Notes under the pieces: model-generated
The model's database searches: none
What the model saw: the letters and a program-made list of their open reading frames with translations, nothing else
What the model was told of the DNA's origin: nothing
Shown: in pieces, positions 34,659 through 46,900 of the stretch
Numbering within the stretch: position 1 is the first letter of the stretch
Layout: each line of letters begins with the position of its first letter
DNA from: Selaginella moellendorffii
Taxonomy: Eukaryota; Plantae; Lycopodiophyta
DNA length: 64,000 nt
Direction: 5' to 3'
Assembly: GCF_000143415.4 (NCBI RefSeq)
Contig: NW_003314267.1
Location: 231,777-295,776, forward strand
Program-made: the position numbers and the translations under genes

Positions 34659-37600
34659 ATGGCCTTCAGGTTTGGGGAAAAGGTTTACATTTTGAATGGT
34701 GGGAAGAGAGTTGCAAAAGGGACCCTTGTGTCTATGGATCAGAACTTGGTTATACACTGTCAAAGGCTTGGGGAAGGCAATGCTGCTGTATCAGTAGAGA
34801 CTGTCTTCGATGGGAATGTGGTCGCTATTGAACGAGGAGAGATGGTCGTCGTGGTAAATGTTGTTGTTGCCTTGAAAAATCTTCAGAGGAAAGCAGATGT
34901 TGGGGACAGCACAAGTGCGACGCATGTTCCCTCTGTGGATCTTAAGAACCGTGCTACATGGATTCAGGCAAAGGTGTTTCTAAACAACCTTGAGAAGGAG
35001 GTGGTAGCTGAGGGCTTAGCCACAGTTGTCGATCCAAGAGATGCAGTTGCTAATCAAGAATTGGGCTGGGATGATATTGGAGTTGCGATTTTAGAGGTTG
35101 TTGACACAGAAGAAAACAGTCTGACTATTGGAAGCATTGTGCGGTGGAAATTGAGGCACTTAGTGTTTGAGAATGTGAAGGATTCACAATCAAACACCAC
35201 TACAACTGATGACAGAACATCTCTTCATGGGAAAAGAAAGTACACCTTCCTAAAGTGCAGCCAAAGGGATCTGAGCAACGAACCAAAAAGGCAGAAAATG
35301 GCGATGGAGGTTCGAATGGTCTCGACAGTTGCTTGTTGCAAGAGGAGGTGCTGTCAACATGCTGATTGGGATGCTATTGAAGAGGAGAGAGAAAGATACA
35401 AGACATTGTCCTGGAAGGCAGCTCGCAATTTTGTGTATGAGGCATTACGGTCATCTGTTGATGCTTTAGAACATCAGGTGGGGGGCATGGTCTTCCAGAG
35501 GGGTTTAGTCTGCATGAAGGCATGGAGAATCATTTATGGAGTCCCTTGAACCACATTCTACAGAATCAAAACTGAGTTCGAGGAACAAAGGGTTCAACAG
35601 GCAGTCCATAGGAACGACGGTACGCACAAAACCAGGGGTCATGTTGTATATGGAGAGGCAATCTTCAAGAGGTTTGTCGAGACATATAGCGAGTAGCAAC
35701 CACATAAAACCCGCCTCTTGGAAGATGGAACACGAGACACCCAACGAGTTCTCCCTTCCATGTATACCAAGGGGGCCATATTGGAAGATGTGAATCGGGA
35801 ACTCCAGAGTAATGGCTACAGGAAGCTGAGCCAATCTAGATTTAGTAGATTGTGGAGCAACAAGTTCAAGGATGTGAGTATAGGAAAGTACTCCAGCTTT
35901 TCAAAGTGTGACGAGTGCACTGCTATCAAAATGGCTTTGTCGAAGAATTCTTGCAGCGCTCAAGAGCAAGAGACGTTGGTTAGAAGGCGGCTTGACCACA
36001 ACATCGAGCAGAGAAGCTGCAAGACTACATATTATCATAACAGGATTCTCTCCATGGAGAGACCTGACTCTTACCTCTACATCATCCACGACAAAATGGA
36101 CCAGAAAAAGACGTGCTTACCTCGACTCAATCCTGCCCCCAAGGCAATCTCTTCATCCATGCAGCTGCCTGTGTCTCTGTTTGGCATAATCGCTCATGGG
36201 CATGGTGCCCAGAACTATGGGAACTTCTTTGTACCTCTATGGGGTGGCAGGGGTGCAAACGTGATGATTGCGTCCCTAGCAAAACACTTAAGGTCTCTGC
36301 AAAGTGCGCAGACTGAGCTGAACGGCCAACCCTTGCATAAGGCCCTTGTCGATCGAACCCCATACAGGGTTCAGCTGGAGGAGGAGCAAAGGCTTGCAGT
36401 ATCGCGTGGGGCCCCATGCCATCCCAGTGAATATGTTGGCCGTCAGATTGTAGGGTTATCACGTGAGGCCTCATGCCATTCCGACGAGGCTGGTCGCCCG
36501 GTGAATGCACAGCCTCATCCAAACGAAGCAAAATCTCAAGGAAGTTCTTGCGGCCAATGTGGCCTTCCACCCCATCTTCTGCTCCAAACAGACAATGCTG
36601 GCAGTGAGAACAAAAACATGTATGTCTTCGCGTACTTGGCGATGCTTGTTGCCAAAGGCATATTTGAAACGGTTACACTTGGCTTTCTCATGGTTGGGCA
36701 CACTCATGAAGACGTCGATGCCATGTTCAGTCACCTGGCAGAGTCCCTCCGGCGATCCAATGTCCTCACCCTCCCACAACTCTACGATGAATTCCAAAAT
36801 TGCATCAAAGGCACTGTTGAAGCTGCACTTGTGACAAAGGTTTTAGACTTTAAGGGGTTTGTAAAAGGCTACATCAGGGACGGATCCGAAACGCTGATTG
36901 GCCACTCCAAGCCTCTTCAGTTTCATTTCAGCATGCGTGACAGTGCTCCAGTGATGAGGTACAAGATGAGAGAATGGGACACAGTGTGGCTGCCAGTGGA
37001 CGGCATTGAACTCTTCAAGAGAGATCCCATAACTGGGGAATCTATGATTCCTCAGGGTTCCCCATGGCCGATGCACCCGGATGGACTCAAAGACCAGGAA
37101 AGTATAGTGGCCGGGATTAGACAGCATATTGCCTTCTGGAAGAGGGGGTTGGTGTTTGGTGGAGAATCCTATTTTAAGAGGTGCAAGCCTTTGCTCGAAT
37201 ACTGGGAGAAGATTATATCTGCTATCCAAAATGGGCCGGTTGTATATGAAGAACAGATAACGATGTTGAGGATCACTATTGTGGGCCGAGGAACAAGAAG
37301 CCGGATTCAACATTCAATCCAGTACAGGTCTGCAAAGGAATGGTTGTGCTTGTCAGACCCAGTAATAAAAAACAAATGATATGGGTGGGGCGTTGCATCA
37401 CTGATGCAGAGGAGGACGCAGAAACTAACTCCTTCAATGTAACTGTGGAGTGGGTCAAGCCAAGTTCTGGATATACGAAGGATTGCCTAGAAAAGAGATG
37501 GGTGCTGAATCCAAGGGATCCCAGCATGAGCATATCGGTGGATAATGTTGTGCATGGTTGGATGCGGAAGCAGAGTGCCACCATCACCTTGCCAGACCAT

Positions 37601-37727
37601 GCAAGAGATGCAGCAAGAGCATTCATAACCCGGGTTCAAGGTGAGATTCATTAATATTCCTTTACTAAGTTTCTAATGTATTTTATTTCAAGGTGAACAA
37701 TCCGAATCTGAATCAGAGGAGGCGTGA
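34659..37727 (+). pseudogene. Sola-like transposase, copy 2 (disrupted)
   Basis: CGA>TGA at 35547-35549, shared TAG at 35694-35696, 73-bp frameshifting deletion at ~37253. Confidence 0.88.
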
Positions 37728-39722
37728 TGGCATGTGGCCTTACACCATTCCTAGGTGAGATGATACAAATAACAAGTATAAATTCTTAGTTGTTCTAGCA
37801 AATCTTACTTAAAGTTCAAGGTGAACAAACCGAATATGAATTCATCGGATTGTTATAACAAATTGCGAGGTGATGGCATGAGGCGATATGCCATTTGAGA
37901 GTGGTAGCCATTCCTATATGAGGTGAGTGAAATATTTATTAGAAATACCTCATTCAATTGTGCACTTCTAAGTCTTGGTCCACTTAGTACTGTTTGCATG
38001 TTTCTATTTTAATTCTTTCTCTAAAATGTTATTTAGCATGTGGCTTCATGCCATTGCTCTCCACAATCATGCATTGAATTTTTCTATCCTTGCATAATAC
38101 TTCTCCATATATATAGCATGTGCGCACATGTGATATGGTTCATTAGGCCTGATATAGTGTGTGAGGTAAAACAAAGATGATGTGACATATGCATTTACCA
38201 ATCACACGTGCATAAATCTAATAATATGGCGTGTGGCCCATATTAATGGCACATAAACCCATATTGTGGGTTTACGTGCTTTATGTACCATCATTCCCTT
38301 GCAGCGTGTGTGTTGGTTTCCTTTTATAACACAACGAACTCCATATTTTAGGGTGAAGAGCGTTCTCATGGCAAGCACAAAATCTGTAAGTGAGGCAGAA
38401 AAGGAGACGGAGAAGGAGATAGGTGAAGATGTAGAATATATAAGTCTTCCAAACTCCCCGTACTATACTCTAGGTAATCATTTTTCTGAACAAACGGCAA
38501 CATTAACAACTATCGAGAACGCCCCAGTAACGTCAGAGACAACAATCCAAAGCAAAATAACTGACCCGGAGAAGGATGATAGTACCGCTGAGAGTACCAA
38601 AAAGGAGGTGTCCACTAGCGCTTAGGCTTATAATGGCGTGTGCCCTCATGCCATTTACTTGATCACCAAATACCTTTTTCCCTTTGCACTAGTATATCTT
38701 AATACCGGTCTGAGAAATAGAATGGCATGTGCCCTCAGGCCTTTTACTAAATCACCTTTGAAAGAAATGCAAGCCTCTATGTCGTAAAAAAAAGGTACTA
38801 GAGAAATTCCTTAATAATATGAATGTTATTTAGTTTCATGAAAATACACTAAGGGTCAAATGAGTTAAATGACTTCTCCAGACTAGCAATGCCTCTTGCT
38901 ACACCTTCACAATTAGATTCGTTAGAAAAAGATAACATTGAATAATATCTAAATGTTCTCACCATTAAGTTATATGTCTGGCTAATAGGAATGATGTTCA
39001 TCTTGGAAAGCTCACCACACGCTCAATGAACAAACAAATAGTGTGTGCGCGCATGCCATCGCTCTTCTTTAGCTTCAGATTCGGCTTGTTCACCTTGACA
39101 ATGAGATTTATTATACAACCAGATGGACTCAGTCTGGACACAAAGTCACCGCACTAGTCACCATGCCCCAGATATGTCTAGCCCCTGGACAAAAAACATA
39201 TAATTTTACGTCATTTTCAAATACTTGAAAATTTGTACCTAGTCCCATTTTACTGAATAAATCCCACTTTAATGAAATAGAGCTTTTTACCAAAGTTTGG
39301 TAATGCTAACATAAAAGTCTTCCTTAACCTCCCTTTGAGGTGGACAAATATCACCTCATATTTTACTATTTATACCATCTTTCCTTTTCCTGTTTGGTCT
39401 GTTAAAGGTAAGGTTACTCTTGAATAGTGTTTGATAAACTTTTGGTAATAGTTGTATAACCCCAAGAACATTCTTAACTCATATATATTTGATAGTTGTT
39501 CCTATTCCTGGATTGCTTGGACCTTCTCAGGGTCCACCTTGAGCCCATCCTTGCCCACCTGCTTAAGAAGCATTTTTTCGACATCTTCCTTTGCTACATT
39601 GATTTAGTAGTATCTTGACCTTAGGTCAATCCTCAAAAAGTATTTTGCCTTTCCTAATCTATCAAATAGGTCCTCAATACTCGGTAAAAGGTACTTGTTC
39701 TTCTTTGTATATTTGTTGAATG

Positions 39723-40008
39723 GTAGTCTCCATGATAATGAGCAGTAGATGTTTGACGCTTCCACAAGCCATCAGTGGCTTATTTGATGTAGGGCACACA
39801 ATTCTTATTTGAAATCATAAAGCCAAGTACCTGCTCACACTCTTTACATGAGAAATAGTAAACAGTTCTAGACTCATTGGATGGATAAGTCTTCTTTATA
39901 AACAATGTGATGTCTTCAATAACGTTGGCTACAACCTGCTTTTTATTACAGACCTGGACAAAAGAAATCAAAATAGAAAATAAAAAAAACAAGAGATGTC
40001 AATCATCG
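39723..40008 (-). pseudogene. Captured host-gene fragment: one RecQ helicase (RECQ2-like) exon with flanking intron sequence
   Basis: Exon 39953-39831 (123 nt, polypyrimidine-CAG / GT) encodes VCNKKQVVANVIEDITLFIKKTYPSNESRTVYYFSCKECEQ, resembling RecQ ..ESGIVYCFSRKECEQ. It interrupts Gypsy RT between YKA and FNKYTK. Confidence 0.75.
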
Positions 40009-40291
40009 TGCCTTATAAAACAAAATATTTAAAGCCATCTTTCTTTTTCACAAACAACACTAGTGCCTTATATGGTGATTTGCCCCAACGTAACATACCT
40101 TTTATCCACCAACTCCTCAAATTAGCACTTGAACTCCTCAAGTTCCAATTCATTTAACTGATAGGGGGCATGAACCATTGCATTAGCACCCTCGATTAGC
40201 TCAATGTTATGTTCAATCGGTTGTGCGGTGCATAACCCTGCCGGTGACTCCTTCAGCATGGTATCTCTAAACTAATTTAACACCCGCTGGA

Positions 40292-40544
40292 TGTAAGCGA
40301 CTAAATTTTTCATTCTACTTTAGTCACTTAACCACACCTTTGACCACTTAAAAGAGTCTCACTCAAAACCTTCATAAGTCCTATTTCAGACTTAGGGACT
40401 TGCTAGCCTCAACCATGCCACTCAACTTTTGCACTTGGTCCAAGTGCTCCACATGTCTGATCCCATGATTGATATTTGAAGGTACCACTAATATATCAGC
40501 CCATTACGCTAAGGCCATGCATATTCACCTTTATCACACCGATG
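40292..40544 (-). mobile_element. 3' end of a minus-strand family-A LTR (continues at 56015-56230)
   Basis: TGTAAGCGACTAAATTTT is the reverse complement of the LTR end; the sequence resumes after the nested element 40545-56014. Confidence 0.8.
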
Positions 40545-43500
40545 TGTGAGACACAAATCCTTAAGCCCCAAAGTGGAGTCAAAAGGGTGCCATGTGGTAG
40601 TGGCCAAAGCGAAAGCCAAACGAGCATAACATATTTGGACTAAAAGCTTCAACTTGAAAAGTTGAGAGTGGGAGTGGAACTCCCAACGAAGCACTCAAGG
40701 AACAAGCATGGAATGAGTAATAAGTGAGTCTCTAGAAAAGGGACACAAGAGGACTAACACATGACACATGAAAATGTCTAAGATGGACCTGAGATGGAGT
40801 CCAAAATGAAGTTTGAGATGGACCTGAGATGGAGTCTGAGATAGACCCAAGATGGACCCAAGATGAAGTCCAAGATGGAGTCTAAGATGGAGTCCGAGAT
40901 GGACCCAAGATAGAGTTTGAGATAGAGTTTGAGATGGACCCAAGACGGAGTCTGAGATGGACCCAAGATGGACCCGAGATGGAGTCCGAGATGGACCCAA
41001 GATGGAGTTCAAGATGGACCTGAGATGGAGTCTGAGATGGACCCGTGATGGAGTCTAAGATAGAGTCCAAGATGGACCCAAGACGGAGTCCAAGATGGAC
41101 CCAAGATGGACCCGAGATGGAGTCTGAGATGGACTCAAGATGGAGTCTAAGATGGATTCGAGATGGAGTCCGAGATGGACCTGAGCCAAGATGGAATTGA
41201 GACCGAGACTGAGATCGAGACCGAGACCGAACCGAGACCGAGATCGAGTCCAAGTCCAAGTCTGAATACTAATACAGACTGTTGGGTGAAAGCCCAAAGC
41301 AATCATCCCTCGGGGGGGGGGGGGGGGGGGGGGGGGGGACCCCAAAAGGTTCCCAAAATTTTTTAGGGAGAGTGTAGGGGTTGGACCCTAATAGAGCTAG
41401 TTTAGCTAGGAAAGGCTAGTTTGGCCCAGGAAGGCCATACCTAGCTGTTGGGTGATGAGATAACCATTGGGAAGTCTAATGCTAGAGTGAATATTGATTA
41501 ACAAGTAGGGTAGCTTGGTGAAGTGTTCAAGAGCTGGCTCTCGTTCCCCTGGGGGATCAAATGGTCTATGCTCCCAGTCCAAGTGTGAGTGGCACTACCT
41601 ACTTAGATACCTAGCGTGGCTCAATGGAACCTTGCTCTAAGCCCATGGCTAGAGCACCCAAAAGCGGAAGGTGGGAAAGTACCCATGAGGCTCACGCAAG
41701 GTCATGGTGTTCCAAAATGTTATCCCAAAGTCCTAGACTATAGAAAGGAAGAGAAGTGGTCCTTTGGTGTAGTGACCAAAGATATGGTAATGTGGTGAGG
41801 AAGTCCCAGAGGATAGTGGCACTTAGTGGTTAGGCCCATAAGCCTTGTCCTAGTGGCAGTGTTAGTGAACACGGCCATAGACAGAAAAGGGACTTGGTAG
41901 GGACTATAAAAGGGACATTGGGGAAGGTTGTTCCCCATGTTAGTGGCCATTTTAAAGATGCTAAAGAATGGATTTAGGATGGTCATTCATGGATGGATGG
42001 CTTAGTTTTTGAGAGATTGGACTGCAATGCAAGTGGTGTTGGACCACTGGTGTGACCAAGGTGAATGGGCATAGCCTTAGCGTAATAGGCAGGTATATCA
42101 GTGGTACCTTGGCATGGGATTAGACACGTGGAGCACTTGGGTCGAGTGCAAAGGTTGAGTGGCATGGATGCCATTCTCAGGGATAGCAAGCCCCAAGTCC
42201 CAAATTGGACTTATGGAAGTTGTGAATGAAACTCCTCAAAGTGGTTAGAGGTGTGGTTAAGTGATTAAAGTAGAATGAAAAAATTAGTCACTTACAATTT
42301 GGTATCGGAGTTATTCCTTAATTCGACTTTTAGTGGTGCTTAAGTATATCACCACTAGTGTTAGCATCGAAAGGTCCTAGAAGTGGGCTTATCCTTGAGG
42401 AGTAGCAGGCCGGGAATACATGGCTCTCCACTACAGTTCATGTGTGAACTTGTAGGTGAAGTGGTGGATAGAAAAGGACCAATAATGGAATGACTTCGGG
42501 ATCTTGGGAACAATATAAAGTTTTCCTCAGAGAGTTGAGGACGTGATCCAGATGAACGTTTGACTTAGCAAACTAGCTAATATAGTTGTGGTAAACAACT
42601 ATAGTTGGGATCACAGGAAAGATACAGACTCCAAAAACAATAAAGGAGTCACAAGATTATCCTCCTATAGTTGAGGCTGGTGCTTATGAACTTGAGACCA
42701 GATTTAATGACCATGAGAGGTCAAATATGGATGAGGATACGAGTCCTTGAAATGGTAGCCAGGGCTACTTTTTATAAGTGCTGGAATAAACTCAAGGAGT
42801 TGGGGGTGTGCTTAGAGGATGAGTTGGTATTCTCATCGTATGGGCGGATAATCTTAAGGGGCAAAAGTAGCCCATAGGGAATGGAAAATAACCAAGTGTC
42901 GGAATAACACTTGCAAATATAATCCTTATGAGTAAGACATGAATACACGAAGTTGTATTATAGTGAGTTGGCACCTAAAAAATAGGACCTTACGGGTCAT
43001 TAGATTAGCAAAGTCCAAAGATGCTGAATGACTCAAGTAGAGTCAAAGAATGGACCTAAGGTGTTGGTAAAAGCATTTGGACTAAGGTGTGTTGTGCCCC
43101 ACGAAGGATAGGAAGGATTATAAGATCCAAGTATGAGAACAATGGGTATCTCATTAATAATAGAATGTGCCATACTAAAGTCGTGGGAAAGGTGTTTCCA
43201 AAAGAAATCAACTTTGACACAAAGTTGTATATAAACTCTATGGTGTAGTGCTAATGGATAGTTGGTATGAGAAAGAACTATATTAGTTTTGGCAAGGACC
43301 TAAACACAAGTAAAAAGTGTTATAAAGGTAAGCTCGTGAAGCCGATGGTGTGAAGACATAAAATGTGCCAAGACGTGATGCCTTAAGGTCAAGTTAGTGG
43401 GTTTATGAGAACCCCTTCCCAAATGAATTCTAATGGAAATAGGAATGGCATAAGCTCAGTTGGAAGGCATATAGTTGGAGTGTGGTGATTTAAATAATGA

Positions 43501-43985
43501 TGGAAGTGTGGAAACGCCAGCAATGAGTTATAAGACTTGACAACTATGAGGCAATTAAGCAAAAGGTGCAAAATAATTGGTTAGACTGGTAGAAGATAAC
43601 TATCTAAGACTTTTTATTAGGATAAAGAAGTTAGATACACCCTTATAGGGGATAAATTACTTATGTTGCAGTATAGTAAATCAATGCCGTAAAGGAAATA
43701 TTCATTGTCAAAGAAGCTATCATTAGGACACCCAAACATTCTAGAACACTAAGAGGTGGCATTTGGTGTCGTGAGGGTAATAGATAAAGCTCAAGAGACT
43801 AAGTCCCCAGCGAATGATGAATAGAAAGGGCTTTTCAAACATCCAAATTGCGGAGACGGGAGAAATCCATTTACCCGAATTGGACAAAGTGAAGAATGGG
43901 ATTTTGGCAAGGTTAGTGATGGGCATATAAAGGCCCATAAATAGCAACGTTAATTTCGGTGTGTGGGATTATAAGGTGAGTATAC

Positions 43986-46900
43986 TATGAGACACTGTGA
44001 GACACAAAATCCCTAGGCCCCAAAGTGGAGCTGAAAGGGTGCCACGTGGTAGTGGCCGAAGCAAAAGCCAAACGAATGTAACACATTTAAACTAAAAGCT
44101 CCGACTTGAAAGGTCGAGAGTGGGAGTGGAACTCCCAATAAAGTGCTCGAGGAACAAACACAAAGCAAGCAATAAGTGAGTCTCTAGAAAAGGGACACAA
44201 GTGGAGTCTGAGATGGACTCTGAGATGGACCGAAATGGAGTCTGAGATGGAGTCCGAGATGGAGTCCGAGATGGAGTCTGAGATGGACCCGAGATGGAGT
44301 CCGAGATGGAGTCTGAGATGGACCGAAATGGAGTCCGAGATGGACCCGAGATGGAGTCTGAGATGGACCCGAGATGGAGTCCGAGATGGAATCCGAGATG
44401 GAGTCCAAGAAGGACCCGAGATGGAGTCCGAAGTCGAGATCGAGACCGAGATCAGGACCGAGACCGGGACCGAGACCGAGACCGAGACCGAGGCCAAGGC
44501 CGAGACCAAGCCCAAGCCCGAGTCTGAGTCTGAGTCCGAGTCCGAGTCTGAGTTCCAGTTTGAGGGGTTGAAAGCCCAAAGCGTTCGTCTCCCAGACCCT
44601 AGAGGGTTTGGTGAGCTCCAAAAGTATAGTAGGGGGAGGACTGCAGTGGAGCCAGTTTGGCCAGGAAAGGCCAGTTTGCCTTAGGAAGGCTGTACCCAGT
44701 GTTAGGTGATGAGCTGCCCATTGGGAAGTCCAAGACTAGAGTGAACACGGACTAACAAGTGGGCTAGCTTGGTGAAGTGTTCAAGAGCTGGCGGGAGATC
44801 GACTGGCTCGATTGGCCGATGCTCTGAGTCCAAGTGTGGATGGCACTACCTACTTGGATATCTGGCATGGCTTAATGGAACCTCGCTCTAAGCCCATGGC
44901 TAGAGCACCCAAAGGCGGAAGGCAGGGAGAGTACCCATGAGGCCCGCGTAGAGCCACGGTGTTCCAAAATGTCACCCCAAAGTCCCAGATTGTGAAAAGA
45001 AAGAGGAGCCGTCCTCTAGTGTAGAGACCAAGGATACGGTCATGTGAGGAGGAAGTCCCGGAGAACCGAGGGACTTAGTGGTCAGGCTTGTGGGCCTTGA
45101 TTCAGTGGTAGTGTTGGCAAACACAGCCATGGACAGAAAGGGACTTGGTGGGGATTGGAAAAGGGATATTGGGGAAGGCTAATCCCCATATCTGTGGGCA
45201 TCCTAAGGATGCTAAGGAGTGGATCTGGGATGATCACTCGTGGATGGATGGCCCAGTCTATGAGAGAGGGACTGTGATGCAGGTGGTGTTAGACCACCGA
45301 TGTGACTAACGTGAAGGGGCATGGCCTTAGTGTAACAAACCGATATGTCGATGGTACCTTGGGGTGTCGGTCATAGGATTGGACATGTGGAGCACTTGGA
45401 CCAAGTGCAAAGGTTGAGTGGCGGGGATGCCATTCTAGGGGCTAGCAAGCCCAAGTCTGAAATAGGACTTATGGAGGTTGTGAGTAAGACTCCTCTAAGT
45501 GGTCGGAGGTGTGGTTAAGTGACTAAAGTAAAATGGAAAATTTAGTCACTTACAACTTGGTCTCGGAGTTGTTCCTTAGTCCAACTTTTATTGATGCTCA
45601 AGTATATCACCGCTAGTGTTGGCATCTGAAGGTCCTAGGAGTGGGCCTATCTTAGAGGAGTAGCAGGTCGGGAAGACATGGCTCTCCACTACAGTTCATG
45701 TGTGAACTTGTAGGTGAGGCGGTGGATAGAAAAGGGCCAATAATGGAATGACTTCGGGATCTTGGGAACAGTATAAGGGTTTCCTCAAGGAGTTGAGGAT
45801 GTGATCCAAATGAGCATTTGACTCAGCAAATGGGCTAATGTAGTTGTGGTAAACAACTATAGTTGGGATCATGGGAAAGATGCAGACTCCAAAACAATAA
45901 AGGTGTCACAAGATTATCCTCACATAGTTGAGGCTAGTGCTCATGAATTTGAGACCGGAATTGACGACCGTGAGAGGTCAAATACGGAAGAGGACACAAG
46001 TCCTGAAAATGGTAGTTGGAGCTACCTCTAATGAATGCTGAAACAACCCAAGGAGTTGAGGGTGTACTTAGAGGATGAATTGGTATTCTCATCACATGGA
46101 CAAATGGTTCTAAGGGGCAAAAGGTTACCCCCAAATAAGAAATCATAACACTTGCAAAGATGGTCCTTGTGAGTAGAACCATGAGTGGTCCATGAATACA
46201 AAAAGTTGTATTCCAATGAGTTGGCACCTCAAAAGGACCTCATAAGTCGTCGGATTAACAAAGTCCAAAAAACTAGATGACTTAAATAGAGTCAAGGAAC
46301 AATCTTAAGGGATTGGAAAAAGCATTTGACGGAGGTGGATTGTGCCCCATGAAGGATGGGGAGGATCTTAAGATCCAAGTATGAGAATAGGGGGTATCTC
46401 ATTGGTGGCAGAATGTGCCATGCTAAAGTCGTGGGAAGGAATTTCCCGAAGAAAACAACTTTGACACAAAGTTGTACGTAAACTCTATGGTGCAGTGCTA
46501 ATGGATAGATGGCATAAAATACAACTGTATTGGTCTTGGCAAAAGACCTAGACACTAGTAAGAAGTGTCATAGAGGTAGGCTCGTGGAGCCAATGGTGTG
46601 GAAATACTGAATGTGCCAAGGCGTGCTGCATTGAGGTCAAGCTGGCGAGTTCATGAGAACCCCTTCCAAAGGAATCCCAATGGAAATGGGAATGGCATAG
46701 CCTAAGCTAGAAGGCATGTGGTAGAGTGTGCTGACTCGAATAATGATGTGAAAGCACCCACAATGAGTTATAACTTAACAACTATGAGGCAACTAAGCAA
46801 GAGGTGTAAGGTAATTGGTTAAATGGGTAGAAGGTAGCTACCCAAGACTTTTTAATAGCATGAAGAAGTTAGATATACCCTTATCGGGGATAAGTTGCTT

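Larger units (their letters stand above)
26494..39285. mobile_element. Large (12,792 bp) TIR DNA transposon, Sola-like, copy 2
   Basis: TIRs 26494-26517 / 39262-39285 (1 mismatch); TSD TTTA (26490-26493 / 39286-39289); collinear with copy 1; inserted in Gypsy RNase H. Confidence 0.95.
24967..40290 (-). pseudogene. Decayed Ty3/Gypsy pol (RT-RH-IN) split by transposon copy 2 and a 290-bp insert
   Basis: Minus strand: RT SPYKALVLFVKKKDG / [15 protein letters not shown] (39290-40260); RH LALPNFG|KDFKIEINTSD rejoins across the TTTA TSD; IN GFDAIFMVVD..KMAYFIP (~25590-25645). Confidence 0.85.

Noticed and set aside
1201-39285. Segmental duplication or assembly artefact as the origin of the two 12.6-kb copies
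   Set aside because: Homology stops exactly at the TIRs, and each copy has its own TSD, flanks and private mutations.
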